64,000 nt of DNA from an uncultured Thermoplasmata archaeon (lineage in GTDB: Archaea; Thermoplasmatota; Thermoplasmata; Lutacidiplasmatales; UBA184), in assembly GCA_963773945.1 (NCBI GenBank), contig CAVZDD010000003.1:370060-434059 (forward strand). Reading direction: 5' to 3'. Shown here in pieces: positions 8,372-20,812 of the stretch. How positions within the stretch are numbered: the stretch's first letter is position 1; each line of letters starts with the position of its first letter. The notes beneath the pieces were generated by a model. That model searched no databases and was not told where the DNA came from. It saw only the letters and a list, made by a program, of their open reading frames with translations. Position numbers and translations under genes: made by a program.

Positions 8372-11300
8372 CATTTCGGTCCATGCCGGCGGCAAACTCA
8401 TCATCGAAAACCTGACGATCGACTGGGTGCAGTTTATCGGCACCTCGGGCACGATCGCCCAGCGCCTCGCCAACGTGTTCTGGTTCAGCGATGCCGGAAC
8501 TACCACCCTCTACAATTCCACGATCACCACCGACCCCTACGTCTTGAACGCCTTCGCCAAGCTCAACGTCTCGGTGACCGGCGAACTCGTCGTCTCGGCG
8601 CACAGCGCCTTCGAGTTCCCCGGATGGGTCACCGTGAGCGCCGGAGGCAGCCTCTTCTTCAACGACAGCACCAGCACGAACAACCCCCAGATCACCGCCG
8701 GAACGGTCAACTCGGCCATCGCCTACGATGAGGCCTGGTCCCCGGCACTCCAGACGGTCGGTGGCGGACAGATCTTCCTCGGCGACAGCATCGTCGAGAA
8801 TTACTACGCCGACAATTACGGCGCGAACGGCGTCCCGGGCCCCCAAATGGTGGGGAACAACGAGACCCAGACCCCGGATTACAATTGGGGCGGTTTCGGC
8901 TTCGCTCCGCCGGTCGCCGAAGGCATCGCCCAGGGATATGCCTGGGAAAAGCAACCAATCGCGAGCGGCATCCTCCAGATCGGCTACGTCACCTTCGCGT
9001 CCTACACCGCTCCCGCCGGGAGCACCTTCTCGTACCAAGGAACGGCCTACCCGCTCGGGTCGATCAACTTCGGCCTCGCCCCTGGGGGGACCCTCATCGA
9101 CGTCCCGCTCGGAGCATCGGCCATCGCTGCCGTCAACGCGGCCGGCGGCGCGGCGCCCTTCCTGCAGAACAGCGGCCAGTTCGGGACCGCCTCCGCGGAG
9201 TCCGCGGCCTTCAACTTCGGCATCAGCGACGTGAACATCACGAGCTTCCAGGTCATTCTCTACCCCGAGTTCCAGTTCAACATCACCGCGAGCGGCGCCG
9301 GTTCCCAGATCACCGCCGCCGACAGCACCCTCGGCATCAACTTCGCCGCCGTACCGGGGACGCCGGTCGCCCTCGGAACCCCGCCGCCGACACCGTGGGA
9401 TTCCCAGAAGCTCCTGGTTTCGGGAGGCGCCAACGCCTACCTCGGGAACATCACGGTCCTCGGGACCCCCTTCCAGCCATTCAACGACTCCTCCGCCGTC
9501 ATCCCGTCGGGGACGAGCCAGGCGTACTTCTACCAGTGGCTCAAGGTTCCGATCACCGGTGGCCGGAACGCCATCCCGGTGGCGAACGGGTCGACCGTCC
9601 CCGTCTACGCTGGCTCTAACGCCACCCTGGCCGCCACCGTCCTGGGCCTCAATGACCTGGCCAGCACCGACCCGATCCTCGCAACTTACGTCTCGGACGC
9701 CCTTGCCGCGCGCGGGCTTGCTCCCTCGGTGTCCGGCGGCGAAGGCGTCTCCTGGAGCATGCTCCTCTCCACCATCGTGGAGAGTTCGTTGCTGCCCACG
9801 GGTCAGTTCGTCGGGGTGTACAACGTCACGGTCACCGTCCCGCCCGGCCTGCCCGGCGAGGTCACCACGGTTGCCGCGTCCCTCACACCGTATCCCCAGG
9901 TCGTCACCCCGGGGTTCCCCTCGACCTCACCTCCGGCGGCCTTCCCCAACTACGAGGCCATCCTGGGCCTGTCGAGCATCCAGTCCCTGGTCCTTAGTGT
10001 AGCGAATACGACGGTGGCGATTGGCCAGACCCTTGTGATCAACGCCACCATCCAGAACCTCGGTACTGCTCCGACCAATAACTACACGGTCGAACTCACC
10101 TACCCCGAGCTCGCGGGCAACATCATAGTCGCGACCTCGGGGCACATCACCGCCCCGATCGCCGCGGGCGCGACCAAGGTCGTGCCGCTGACCTGGCTGG
10201 TCAACGAGACCGTCACCGGGCTTCAGGACAAGGCCCAATTCGTGGTGAGCTTCGGCGTGACGGCGATCTGGAACGGGGGCCTGCCGGATGGCGGCACGAA
10301 CTCGACCTCGATTGCCATCACCATCACCCCCGCCTTCATCTCGATCAGCTACACGCTGCCGACGGGGAAGCTGCCCACCAATACCAACACCATCGATTCC
10401 TCTGGCGTCGCGACCTTCGCCGGGAAGGGCGCCGCTACGCTCACGGTGCTGGCGGTCCGGGGCACCTCGAGCTACGTCCTTGCGGTGTACTCCCCGATCA
10501 CCAGCGGCACGACTTTCGAGACCGACCTCAACGCCGTCTCGGGCATGACGCCGGGCGACACCTACGTCATCTGGCTTCAGGTGACCTACAACGATAGGAC
10601 CTTCACGCAGTCGTACAGCCCCGGCCTCACCGTCGCGGGCAGCACGAGCTCGAACTTCCTGCTGACGAAAATCCTCGGTATCCCGCTCTGGATCTGGCTC
10701 GTCATCGCCGCCGGTATCATCGTCGCCGTCCTGGGCGTCATGTTCGGGCTGGGCCGGTTCGCTCGCGGCCGACTCGTCGAATGCGGCGAGTGCGGGAACC
10801 TCATCCCGGAGGACGCCACCGTGTGTCCGAAGTGCGGGGCCGAGTTCGAGACCGACCTCGTCCGCTGCAGTCGCTGTGGCTCCACGATCCCCTCGTCCTC
10901 GGCTGTCTGTCCGGAGTGCGCCGCGACGCTGCTCGCCCGGGCCGGCCCGGAGAACGCCGATCCGGAGCGCCAGAGCTACGCCGACTTCGTCGAGCGGTTC
11001 CGTACCGAAGCCAAGAAGGAACTCGGGCAGAATTACAGCGAGGGGGCGTTCTGGGACTGGTGGAAGCGCCAGCCGAGCTACGTCTCGTTCAACCAGTGGC
11101 GCCTCCAGCAGGCGCAGGGCACCCGGACCGGCATGACCGCCCCGGTCATGACCGAGGCCGACGACCGCGACGTGACGACCGCGACGGCTCCGAAGCGCCC
11201 ACCCTCCGGTGGCGCCCCGCCCGCCGGAGGGGCCGCCGCCTCCACGGGGAGGGCTCCCGCGTCCCGGACACCCCCGGCCACCCGCACCGCTCCGGCCGCC

Positions 11301-11486
11301 GCGGCGGCACCCGCCAGCCCGGCCGCCTATGTCCCCGCTCCGCAGCCCGCCGCCGCTCCGACGATGTCCGGCGCGGCGCCCGCCATGCCGGCGGGCGCTT
11401 CGGGTATGAAGAACTGCCCCAACTGCGGCAAGCAGATCAACGCGGACTTCCTCGTCTGTCCGTTCTGCGGTTCCGTGACCGGGTAA
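8298..11486 (+). CDS. Large type-I membrane surface (glyco)protein with a cytoplasmic triple zinc-ribbon tail
   Basis: Track ORF 8427..11486; the same frame stays open and protein-like upstream to 8298 (SSLAGQTVVLTPGTTGSSTYYEAGNISVHAGGKLIIENLTIDW). Beta-helix-like, N-glyc sequon-rich ectodomain; TM helix (ILGIPLWIWLVIAAGIIVAVLGVMFGLG); then CGECGN..CPKCG, CSRCGS..CPECA, a Pro/Ala linker and CPNCGK..CPFCG. Confidence 0.75.
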   Translation, partial: SSLAGQTVVLTPGTTGSSTYYEAGNISVHAGGKLIIENLTIDWVQFIGTSGTIAQRLANVFWFSDAGTTTLYNSTITTDPYVLNAFAKLNVSVTGELVVSAHSAFEFPGWVTVSAGGSLFFNDSTSTNNPQITAGTVNSAIAYDEAWSPALQTVGGGQIFLGDSIVENYYADNYGANGVPGPQMVGNNETQTPDYNWGGFGFAPPVAEGIAQGYAWEKQPIASGILQIGYVTFASYTAPAGSTFSYQGTAYPLGSINFGLAPGGTLIDVPLGASAIAAVNAAGGAAPFLQNSGQFGTASAESAAFNFGISDVNITSFQVILYPEFQFNITASGAGSQITAADSTLGINFAAVPGTPVALGTPPPTPWDSQKLLVSGGANAYLGNITVLGTPFQPFNDSSAVIPSGTSQAYFYQWLKVPITGGRNAIPVANGSTVPVYAGSNATLAATVLGLNDLASTDPILATYVSDALAARGLAPSVSGGEGVSWSMLLSTIVESSLLPTGQFVGVYNVTVTVPPGLPGEVTTVAASLTPYPQVVTPGFPSTSPPAAFPNYEAILGLSSIQSLVLSVANTTVAIGQTLVINATIQNLGTAPTNNYTVELTYPELAGNIIVATSGHITAPIAAGATKVVPLTWLVNETVTGLQDKAQFVVSFGVTAIWNGGLPDGGTNSTSIAITITPAFISISYTLPTGKLPTNTNTIDSSGVATFAGKGAATLTVLAVRGTSSYVLAVYSPITSGTTFETDLNAVSGMTPGDTYVIWLQVTYNDRTFTQSYSPGLTVAGSTSSNFLLTKILGIPLWIWLVIAAGIIVAVLGVMFGLGRFARGRLVECGECGNLIPEDATVCPKCGAEFETDLVRCSRCGSTIPSSSAVCPECAATLLARAGPENADPERQSYADFVERFRTEAKKELGQNYSEGAFWDWWKRQPSYVSFNQWRLQQAQGTRTGMTAPVMTEADDRDVTTATAPKRPPSGGAPPAGGAAASTGRAPASRTPPATRTAPAAAAAPASPAAYVPAPQPAAAPTMSGAAPAMPAGASGMKNCPNCGKQINADFLVCPFCGSVTG

Positions 11487-11587
11487 ACCCCTTCCAGCCT
11501 CCGGCCCGGCGGCCGGGTCGTAACCCGGTCGCGCGCGGGAACCAACGCCTTTAACCTCGGGCCGTTCTGCCGGCGCGCGGTGCGTCG

Positions 11588-12820
11588 GTGACGGGAAACC
11601 TGGAGCTCGGACGGCTCAAGATCGCCTGGGCTCGGAATCACATGCCCGTCCTGGCCGCCATCGAGCGTCGCTTCGTAACCGAGCGACCTCTCGCGGGCAA
11701 GCGGATCTCCGCGGTGCTCCACGTGGAGGCGAAGACCTGCGTCCTGGCGCTGACGCTCAAGGCCGGGGGCGCCGACGTCCGACTCGCGGGAGGCAACCCG
11801 CTCTCCACCGACGATGACACCGTGGCGGCGCTCGTCGAGGCCGGGGTCCCAACCTGGGCCCGGAAGGGCGAATCGATCGAGGAGTACAACGCCGGCATCC
11901 AGGCCATGCTCGACTTCAACCCCGAAGTGATCGTCGACGACGGAGCCGACCTCGTCGCCCTCGCCCATACGGCCCGTAAGGACCGGGGACCCATCCTCGG
12001 GTCGACCGAAGAGACCACGACCGGCGTCACGCGACTGCGGGCGATGGAGAAATCGGGAGCCCTCCACTGGCCGGCGATCGACGTCAATGATGCGTCCATG
12101 AAACATCTGTTCGACAACCGATACGGGTGCGGCCAGTCCTTCCTGGACGGCCTCTTCTCCGCGACGAACCTGTTGGTCGCCGGACGCACCTGCGTCGTCG
12201 CGGGATACGGCTGGGTCGGCAAGGGGATCGCCTCCCGGCTCCGGGGAGTGGGCGCCGACGTCATCGTAACGGAGGTGGACCCGGTGCGCGCCATCGAGGC
12301 CCGGCTCGAAGGGTTCCGCGTCCGTCCGATGCTCGAGGCCGCCGCCGAGGCGGACGTGATCGTGACCACGACCGGCAACCGCGGGATCGTGGGCGCGGAG
12401 CACCTGAAGGTCATCAAGGACGGGTGTCTGTTGGCCAACATGGGACACTTTGACGTCGAGATCTCGAAGCCCGACCTCGCCGCGATGGCGACCCACCGGG
12501 CGATCGTCCGGCCCAACGTCGAGGAATACCGGTTCGGCGACGGACGGAAGGTCTACCTGCTCGGCGACGGACGGCTGATCAACCTGGCCGCCGGCCAAGG
12601 CCATCCGGCGGAGATCATGGACCTCAGCTTTGCACTCCAGGCCCTCTCGGTCGAGTACATCGTCCGTCACGGGACGGAGCTTTCGGCACGGGTCCACCCG
12701 GTGCCCGCCGAGCTGGACCACGCCGTGGCCGAGGCGGCGCTCGGGCCCCTCGGCATTGGCATCGACCGAGCCACGGCGGACCAGACCCGCTATTCCCAGA
12801 GCTGGACCGAGGGAACATGA
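11588..12820 (+). CDS. ahcY: Adenosylhomocysteinase
   Basis: Full-length match to SAHH ([23 protein letters not shown]-binding [11 protein letters not shown]-terminal conserved block). Confidence 0.95.
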   Translation: MTGNLELGRLKIAWARNHMPVLAAIERRFVTERPLAGKRISAVLHVEAKTCVLALTLKAGGADVRLAGGNPLSTDDDTVAALVEAGVPTWARKGESIEEYNAGIQAMLDFNPEVIVDDGADLVALAHTARKDRGPILGSTEETTTGVTRLRAMEKSGALHWPAIDVNDASMKHLFDNRYGCGQSFLDGLFSATNLLVAGRTCVVAGYGWVGKGIASRLRGVGADVIVTEVDPVRAIEARLEGFRVRPMLEAAAEADVIVTTTGNRGIVGAEHLKVIKDGCLLANMGHFDVEISKPDLAAMATHRAIVRPNVEEYRFGDGRKVYLLGDGRLINLAAGQGHPAEIMDLSFALQALSVEYIVRHGTELSARVHPVPAELDHAVAEAALGPLGIGIDRATADQTRYSQSWTEGT

Positions 12821-13215
12821 ACGACCCCTCGGCAACGCCCGAAGAGCTTCGCTATACCGCCGATCACGAGTGGTTCCGACCGGATGGCGCCGACGTCCTG
12901 GTCGGGATCACCGACCACGCTCAGCGGCAACTGACCGACGTCGTCTTCGTCGACCTCCCCGCGGTCGGGAAGGCCGTCGCCGCGCACGGGACCGTGCTGA
13001 CGCTGGAATCGGTCAAGACCGTCTCGGACGTCTACGCCCCGGTCGCCGGTACCGTGAGCGCCGTCAACGACCAGCTCAAGGGCCACCCCGAGCTGGTCAA
13101 CCAGGACCCCTACGGCAAGGGTTGGCTATTCCGGCTCCAGCCCACCGCTCCTTTGAGTCCCTCGGAGGGACTGTCCGCCGCCCAGTACCGCGCCCAGGTC
13201 GAGGCGACGCCCTAG
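12817..13215 (+). CDS. gcvH: Glycine cleavage system H protein
   Basis: YTADHEWF...[16 protein letters not shown] contains the lipoyl-lysine motif; ATGA overlap with ahcY. Confidence 0.9.
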   Translation: MNDPSATPEELRYTADHEWFRPDGADVLVGITDHAQRQLTDVVFVDLPAVGKAVAAHGTVLTLESVKTVSDVYAPVAGTVSAVNDQLKGHPELVNQDPYGKGWLFRLQPTAPLSPSEGLSAAQYRAQVEATP

Positions 13216-13227
13216 GCGAAAGGGCCG

Positions 13228-15135
13228 TTACTTCCCGTCAAAGACCGGCTTGCGGCGTTCGAGGAACGCCGTCATGCCTTCGGTCCGGTCGTGGGTCGCG
13301 AAGGTGTGTCCCGACGATTCCCCCTCGAGGCGGAGCGCGGAGTCCATCGAGGAGTCGACCGCCCGGTTCACGACACTCTTTACCCACTGCACCGCCAGCG
13401 GCGCACGCTCCGCGATGAGCTGAGCAATCCGGGCTACGTCCTCGCGCACCGCATCGGCCGGAACGACCCGGGTGACGATCCCGAGGGCGAACGCCTCCTC
13501 CGCGGTGATGTCCTCGCGCCCCGTGTACACGACGTACTTCGCGTTCGCCCGGCCGACCAGCCGGGTGAGCCGGCTCGCGCCGCCCCACCCGGGGTGGATA
13601 CCGATCTTCACCTCGGGCAGGCCGATCCGTGCCCCGGCGGCTGCCACGATGAAATCGCAGGCCAATGCGAGCTCGAGGCCTCCGCCGAGGGCGTATCCCT
13701 CGACGAGGGCGATGACAGGGGTCCGGAACTCCTCGATGCGTTTGCAGACCGCCTGACCGGCAAAGCCGAACGCGCGACCACCGGCGATGTCCTTGCCCAC
13801 CATCTCGGCGATGTCCGCCCCGGCGGCGAATACGGGGGAACTTCCGGCCAGGACGACGACCCGCAGTTCCGGAACCTCAGCGAGCGCGCTGAAGGTCTGC
13901 TCGAGCTGCTCCAAGACCTGGGAGTTGACAGCGTTGAGGACCTCGGGACGATCCAAGAGGACCCAGGCGATCGGCCCGTCCCGTTCGACGCGGACGAGGC
14001 GCAGCGGCCAACGGTTCTCCCCGGCGCGGACGCGGGCGTGGAGCTCCGGCGACACCGGGAAGTTTCCCGGGAAGCGGGCGGCGTAGGCTTCCACGTCGTA
14101 GAGTGCGGTGCCGAGGCCGAGATCCGACATGAGTCCGAAGGGGCCTTTCGCCCACCGGAGTCCGACCACGGCGCCCCGGTCCGTGGCCTCCGGCGTTGCG
14201 ACCTTTTCCTCTACGAGTCGCGTGGCGATGCCGAAGACCAGCCCGCGGAACCGTTCCCGAACCGCCTGCGCCCGGTCGGGCTCCGGAGTGGACGCCTTCC
14301 AAGGCCACGGGGTGCCCTTTTCGAACTGATGTTTCAGGAGCGACGTGGGCGCGTATGCCGCGCCGAAGGCTCGCTCGAGGGAGCCCATCGAATGGAACGC
14401 GATCGGGACGCCGGTCGCGTTCATGAGCTCGAACGGACCCAACTTCGTTCCGAACAGCTCGCGACCGACCGCTTCGATCGTCGCCATGTTTGCCACCTCT
14501 TCCTCGGCGAGCCGCGTCGCCTCGTTCAGGTAGGGTACGAAGAAACGATTGACGGCGAATCCCGCCCGGTCGGCAGTGTGAATCGGGATTTTCCGGAGGC
14601 GATACGAGACCGCCTCGAGCGCCGCGATGGTCGCTGCCGAGGTTCGGGCGCCTCCCACCACCTCGACCAGCCGGTTGATCGCCGCGGGATAGAAGAAGTG
14701 GAGTCCCGCGAATCGCTCGGGGTACGGGAACGATTCCTGCAGCCGCGTGACGGAGAGCGACGAGGTATTCGTCGCGACGATCGTGTCGTCGGAGACGATC
14801 GGGGCCAGTTGGTCGAAGAGCGCCCGCTTGACCTTTTCTTCCTCGAAGACGGCTTCGACCACCAAGCGGGCCTGTCCCGTCACCGCGGTCACATCCGTGG
14901 AGAAGAAGATCCGGCCGAGCACGGCATTCCGTTGCTCGGCGGTGAGTTTCTTGCGCTCGACGGCCCCGGTCAACGTGGTCTCGATTCGTTCCCGCGCCTT
15001 CCCGACCAGCACTTCGGTGAGGTCGTAGAGTCGGACCGAGTACCCGGCCTGGGCGAACGTCTGACCGATACCGCTGCCCATGTTGCCCGCCCCGAGCACG
15101 GCGACAGGACTCCCGGGAGGCACCATTACGCCCAT
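13228..15135 (-). CDS. Fused 3-hydroxyacyl-CoA dehydrogenase / enoyl-CoA hydratase (FadB-like)
   Basis: N-terminus VAVLGAGNMGSGIG (HADH Rossmann); C-terminal crotonase fold (VVLAGSSPVFAAGADI); start refined to an ATG at 15135 that has an upstream GGTGG (track start 15183). Confidence 0.85.
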   Translation of the reverse strand: MGVMVPPGSPVAVLGAGNMGSGIGQTFAQAGYSVRLYDLTEVLVGKARERIETTLTGAVERKKLTAEQRNAVLGRIFFSTDVTAVTGQARLVVEAVFEEEKVKRALFDQLAPIVSDDTIVATNTSSLSVTRLQESFPYPERFAGLHFFYPAAINRLVEVVGGARTSAATIAALEAVSYRLRKIPIHTADRAGFAVNRFFVPYLNEATRLAEEEVANMATIEAVGRELFGTKLGPFELMNATGVPIAFHSMGSLERAFGAAYAPTSLLKHQFEKGTPWPWKASTPEPDRAQAVRERFRGLVFGIATRLVEEKVATPEATDRGAVVGLRWAKGPFGLMSDLGLGTALYDVEAYAARFPGNFPVSPELHARVRAGENRWPLRLVRVERDGPIAWVLLDRPEVLNAVNSQVLEQLEQTFSALAEVPELRVVVLAGSSPVFAAGADIAEMVGKDIAGGRAFGFAGQAVCKRIEEFRTPVIALVEGYALGGGLELALACDFIVAAAGARIGLPEVKIGIHPGWGGASRLTRLVGRANAKYVVYTGREDITAEEAFALGIVTRVVPADAVREDVARIAQLIAERAPLAVQWVKSVVNRAVDSSMDSALRLEGESSGHTFATHDRTEGMTAFLERRKPVFDGK

Positions 15136-15269
15136 CGAACGGACCACCGAGCGGGACCAAGGTCTCGCGTCGCCGCGCGACATCGGTCGGGCAGATAAGA
15201 ACCCGGCGGAGGCACCCGGCGCGATTCCCTACGAGGAGGCGATAAGAACGCCGGTCCGCTCGCGAGTTC

Positions 15270-16132
15270 GTGCCATCGACCCCCGAGGACCACCATGCGA
15301 TCGAGACCGCGCTCCGCGAGGAGCGTGAGCTCGTGCTCAGTTTGGGGGGCTATGCCATCGAGTTGGCCGGTGGCGTGCTCGTGCTCAACGAACGAATCCC
15401 GGTGCCGAGGTTCAACTTCGTGCAGTACATTCGGCTTCACCGGAACCGTCAGTCCGCCTTTCTCGAACGGGCCCTCGACCATTACTTCCAGCGGGCGCTT
15501 CGACCGTCCATCAGAGCGGAGCCGCCGGTGCCCGACTTCCTCGACGCGTCGCTCCGGCACCTCGGATTCCGGCCGGCCCCGGACTCGTGGTCCCTCTTGC
15601 TCCACCGAGGACCGGAACGTTCCGCTCCGACCGACTCCCGGTATGAGGTCCGACCCGCGACCGGGGACGAGCTTCCGCTGATCGCCCGATTCTGGACGTC
15701 CGACGTGGAGCGCGATGAGTTCCTGCGCGCCTTGTCCGTAGCGCTCGTTCACCCCAACCCGGAGGAGAACCTTGTACCCGTGATCGCGCTGCGGGAGGGG
15801 CGACCGGCCTCCGCGGCGTTGTTCCACCGCTTTCGGTCGTCCGTGGGGATCCACGGCGTCGTCACGCAGCCCTCGGAGCGGGGCCAAGGGGCCGCGACGG
15901 CCCTCGTCGCCGGGTTGTTGAACGGTCCGATGGGGTTCGGCGAGGCCGCCCCTTTCGCGATGTGGTCGGACAGTCCTCGGCTCGACCGCCGGTTGAAGGA
16001 CCTGGGCTTCGAAGTGGCCGTGCGCTACTCGGTTTACGAACTGCCCCGAGACGCAGAACTGAGCCTGCCTCCCAGCGGCGCGCCGACACCTCCTCGATGG
16101 CGCCCGCCGCGTCGGAAGGTCCAGAAGGCCGA

Positions 16133-16136
<4 letters not shown>
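15270..16136 (+). CDS. Putative GNAT-family acetyltransferase
   Basis: GTG start; the C-terminal region VGIHGVVTQPSERGQGAATALVAGLL resembles the GNAT acetyl-CoA-binding motif; otherwise uncharacterised. Confidence 0.5.
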
Positions 16137-18469
<2,333 letters not shown>

Positions 18470-18471
18470 GG

Positions 18472-19485
18472 CTACGTCCGACGCAAAGTGTACGCCACGA
18501 GATCGGCCTGAGGCGAGTAGGGGTGAACCAGACGGCTCTCGAGGCAGGTCCAATCCGCGCCGGACCCGAGTTGGCGCACGAGCGCGATTCCCCGCATCGA
18601 ATGGTCCGCGCGCGGGGTCACCTCGTAGTAGTGTACGGTGCCGCCGGGCGCTACGGCGGCGCTCACCGAGGGGAGGTACTTAATTCCTTCGTGGGGAAGG
18701 TTGAGCACGACGCGGTCCGCGGTCCCGGCTGCCTTGAGGAACTGCTCGACCGACTCGTTCCGAGCCTCGATCCGACCGGCAACGCGGAGACGTTCGGCAT
18801 TCTCGCGCAATAGGGCGATTGCGGCCGGGTTGGAGTCGACCGCCACGATGCGTTCTGCCAACCCCCGCCGAGCAAGGGTCAGAGCGAACGGTCCGATCCC
18901 ACAACACAGATCCCACACGGTCTCCGCCGGACGTACCTCGGACGCAACGCGGGCATGTTCCCGCGCCAGCCGGGGAGAGAAGTAGGCGACCTCCGGGTCC
19001 ACGACGAACTCGAGCCCATTCTCCCGATAGTGAGTGCGCCACGGACCCGTCCCGGCGAGCGGAGCAAGCTGCCGGAGCCGGGACGTCCCGTGGACCCCCA
19101 GGTCTCCCCCGACTCGTCGAGCCCCGGGAACGAACGCGAGGAGGGCGGCGCCGATCTCCGCCGCATGCGGTGTGAGTTCCGAGGGCAGTCGGACGAGAAC
19201 GATGTCTCCGATGACGTCGAAGGCTCGGGGTAGTAACGCCTGAAGGTCGGGAGTTAGGTGGAGCAGCTCACGGTAGGACCGGGGAGGAGCCGCCTTCGAT
19301 GGCAGCTCCCGTTCCTCGACCCGGGTGTGTTCGAGGGGGGGTTCCGGGAGGGATTCGACAGGGAACGCTACCTCGTGTTCCGCACGGATGGCGCGCACGT
19401 CCCTCCGGAGGATCCCGAGGCGATGTAGGGCCTGGCGCACGTTTTCCGCTTGTTCGGGAGGGGCCAGGACGACCCAGGTCCTCAT
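18472..19485 (-). CDS. Trm5/Taw2-family (Met-10+ like) tRNA methyltransferase
   Basis: Real gene is the C-terminal 337 codons of the 614-aa track ORF; SAM motif I (VWDLCCGIGPFAL); ATG at 19485 overlaps the apgM stop (ATGA). Confidence 0.8.
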   Translation of the reverse strand: MRTWVVLAPPEQAENVRQALHRLGILRRDVRAIRAEHEVAFPVESLPEPPLEHTRVEERELPSKAAPPRSYRELLHLTPDLQALLPRAFDVIGDIVLVRLPSELTPHAAEIGAALLAFVPGARRVGGDLGVHGTSRLRQLAPLAGTGPWRTHYRENGLEFVVDPEVAYFSPRLAREHARVASEVRPAETVWDLCCGIGPFALTLARRGLAERIVAVDSNPAAIALLRENAERLRVAGRIEARNESVEQFLKAAGTADRVVLNLPHEGIKYLPSVSAAVAPGGTVHYYEVTPRADHSMRGIALVRQLGSGADWTCLESRLVHPYSPQADLVAYTLRRT

Positions 19486-20759
19486 GGGGAAGGACTCGCG
19501 GGCACCCCGGCCCACAGCTGCCGGAGCACGTCCTTCCCGAGTATCGTTCCCAGCGGGCCGCCGGAAGGTTCCGCCCCAAACTTCGGGGTTCCGCCCGATG
19601 GAGCGACCCCCGCACCGACCAATAGGAACGGCACCGGGTCGTCGGAATGACGTTTGAGTATCGCCGGCGTGGCATGGTCGGCCGTCACCGCCACCCGCGT
19701 GGTGGTCCAGTCGAGTTCCTCCACGAAGGGCCCGAAGAACGACCGGTCGATGTCCTCGACGATCGCCTGCTTCTTCCGGGCGTCCCCGTCGTGGCCGGGC
19801 TCGTCGGGTCCCTTGAGATGAATGTAGACGAACGGAAAGTCGCGAAGTGCTTGCCGTGCGACCCGCGCGCGCTCCGCGAGGGCCGCTGCGCGGTCGGCTC
19901 CCATCGGCCCCACATAGATGTCGGCGAGGCCCAGCAGCTTCGCGATGCCTCGCTCGACTGGCATCTCGGTGACCGCCGCCCCTTGGATGCCGTGCTTCAC
20001 GGAGAAAGGGGTCCGTGGGACTGCCGGGAGCGCGCCGGCGTTGCGAAGCAGCACCGCGTTGGCGAACTGTCCCCCCCGCATCGCCCTTCGAGCGTTGACC
20101 CGGTGCCCTGCCAGGAGCCCCGGGACCTTCTCCAGCCATTCGTTCACCGCCGACGCAGTACGGGCGGCGGACGGGTCGGCATTCAACGGCTCGACCTTCA
20201 ATGGAATCGGCTCCGCCGCGATGCGTGCGTGGCCCATCCCGCCCGTTCGTTCGTAGAAGGGGTCCGAGTTGGAGATCTCCGCGGACAGGGGAACGCCGTC
20301 GGTCGGGTGCAGCCACAGCACGCCGCGGTGGCCGATCGTTGGACGCAATTCCGCTCGCACATGCTGGTCCGTGAGGAGGTCCGCGTCGTTGATCGAACGG
20401 GAGAGGTCGGCCGCTTCCGCGGTGCTCAACGAACGCCCCACGCGGGAGTCCAGGATCGCGCCGTCCCCACCGGCCGTGGCGAAGTTGGACCGAAGCGCCA
20501 CGTCGCCGGGTGCCAGGGGAACGTCCACGCCGAGCGCTTCAAGGACACCGCGGCCGGGGGAGTCGATCGCCGGGTCGTATCCAAGCAGCGCCATGACGCC
20601 GGCATCGGATTCGGGCGCGATGCCGGGGCCGATCAGCATGACTTGGCCCACGACGCCGTGGGAAGCCAGGCGGTCGAGATGGGGCGTTTGGGCCGCGACG
20701 ATCGGGGATTCGTTGTTCGTGTCCGGGTGGGGCCGGTCGCCCAAACCGTCGAGAATCAC
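19482..20759 (-). CDS. apgM: 2,3-bisphosphoglycerate-independent phosphoglycerate mutase, archaeal type
   Basis: MILDGLGDRPHPDTNNESPIVAAQTPHLDRLA and the rest align with aPGM (alkaline-phosphatase superfamily). Confidence 0.9.
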   Translation of the reverse strand: MILDGLGDRPHPDTNNESPIVAAQTPHLDRLASHGVVGQVMLIGPGIAPESDAGVMALLGYDPAIDSPGRGVLEALGVDVPLAPGDVALRSNFATAGGDGAILDSRVGRSLSTAEAADLSRSINDADLLTDQHVRAELRPTIGHRGVLWLHPTDGVPLSAEISNSDPFYERTGGMGHARIAAEPIPLKVEPLNADPSAARTASAVNEWLEKVPGLLAGHRVNARRAMRGGQFANAVLLRNAGALPAVPRTPFSVKHGIQGAAVTEMPVERGIAKLLGLADIYVGPMGADRAAALAERARVARQALRDFPFVYIHLKGPDEPGHDGDARKKQAIVEDIDRSFFGPFVEELDWTTTRVAVTADHATPAILKRHSDDPVPFLLVGAGVAPSGGTPKFGAEPSGGPLGTILGKDVLRQLWAGVPASPSP

Positions 20760-20812
20760 GAGAGCAAAGCGGAGAGACGAGTCCGGCGTGGTGTCGCGCT
20801 CCCTAGCCTTAT

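Noticed and set aside
11327-12835. 502-aa minus-strand ORF
   Set aside because: Antisense to ahcY; low-complexity D/G/R-rich
13291-15198. 635-aa plus-strand ORF
   Set aside because: Mirror image of the fused HADH/ECH gene; D/E/R/G-rich with no motifs
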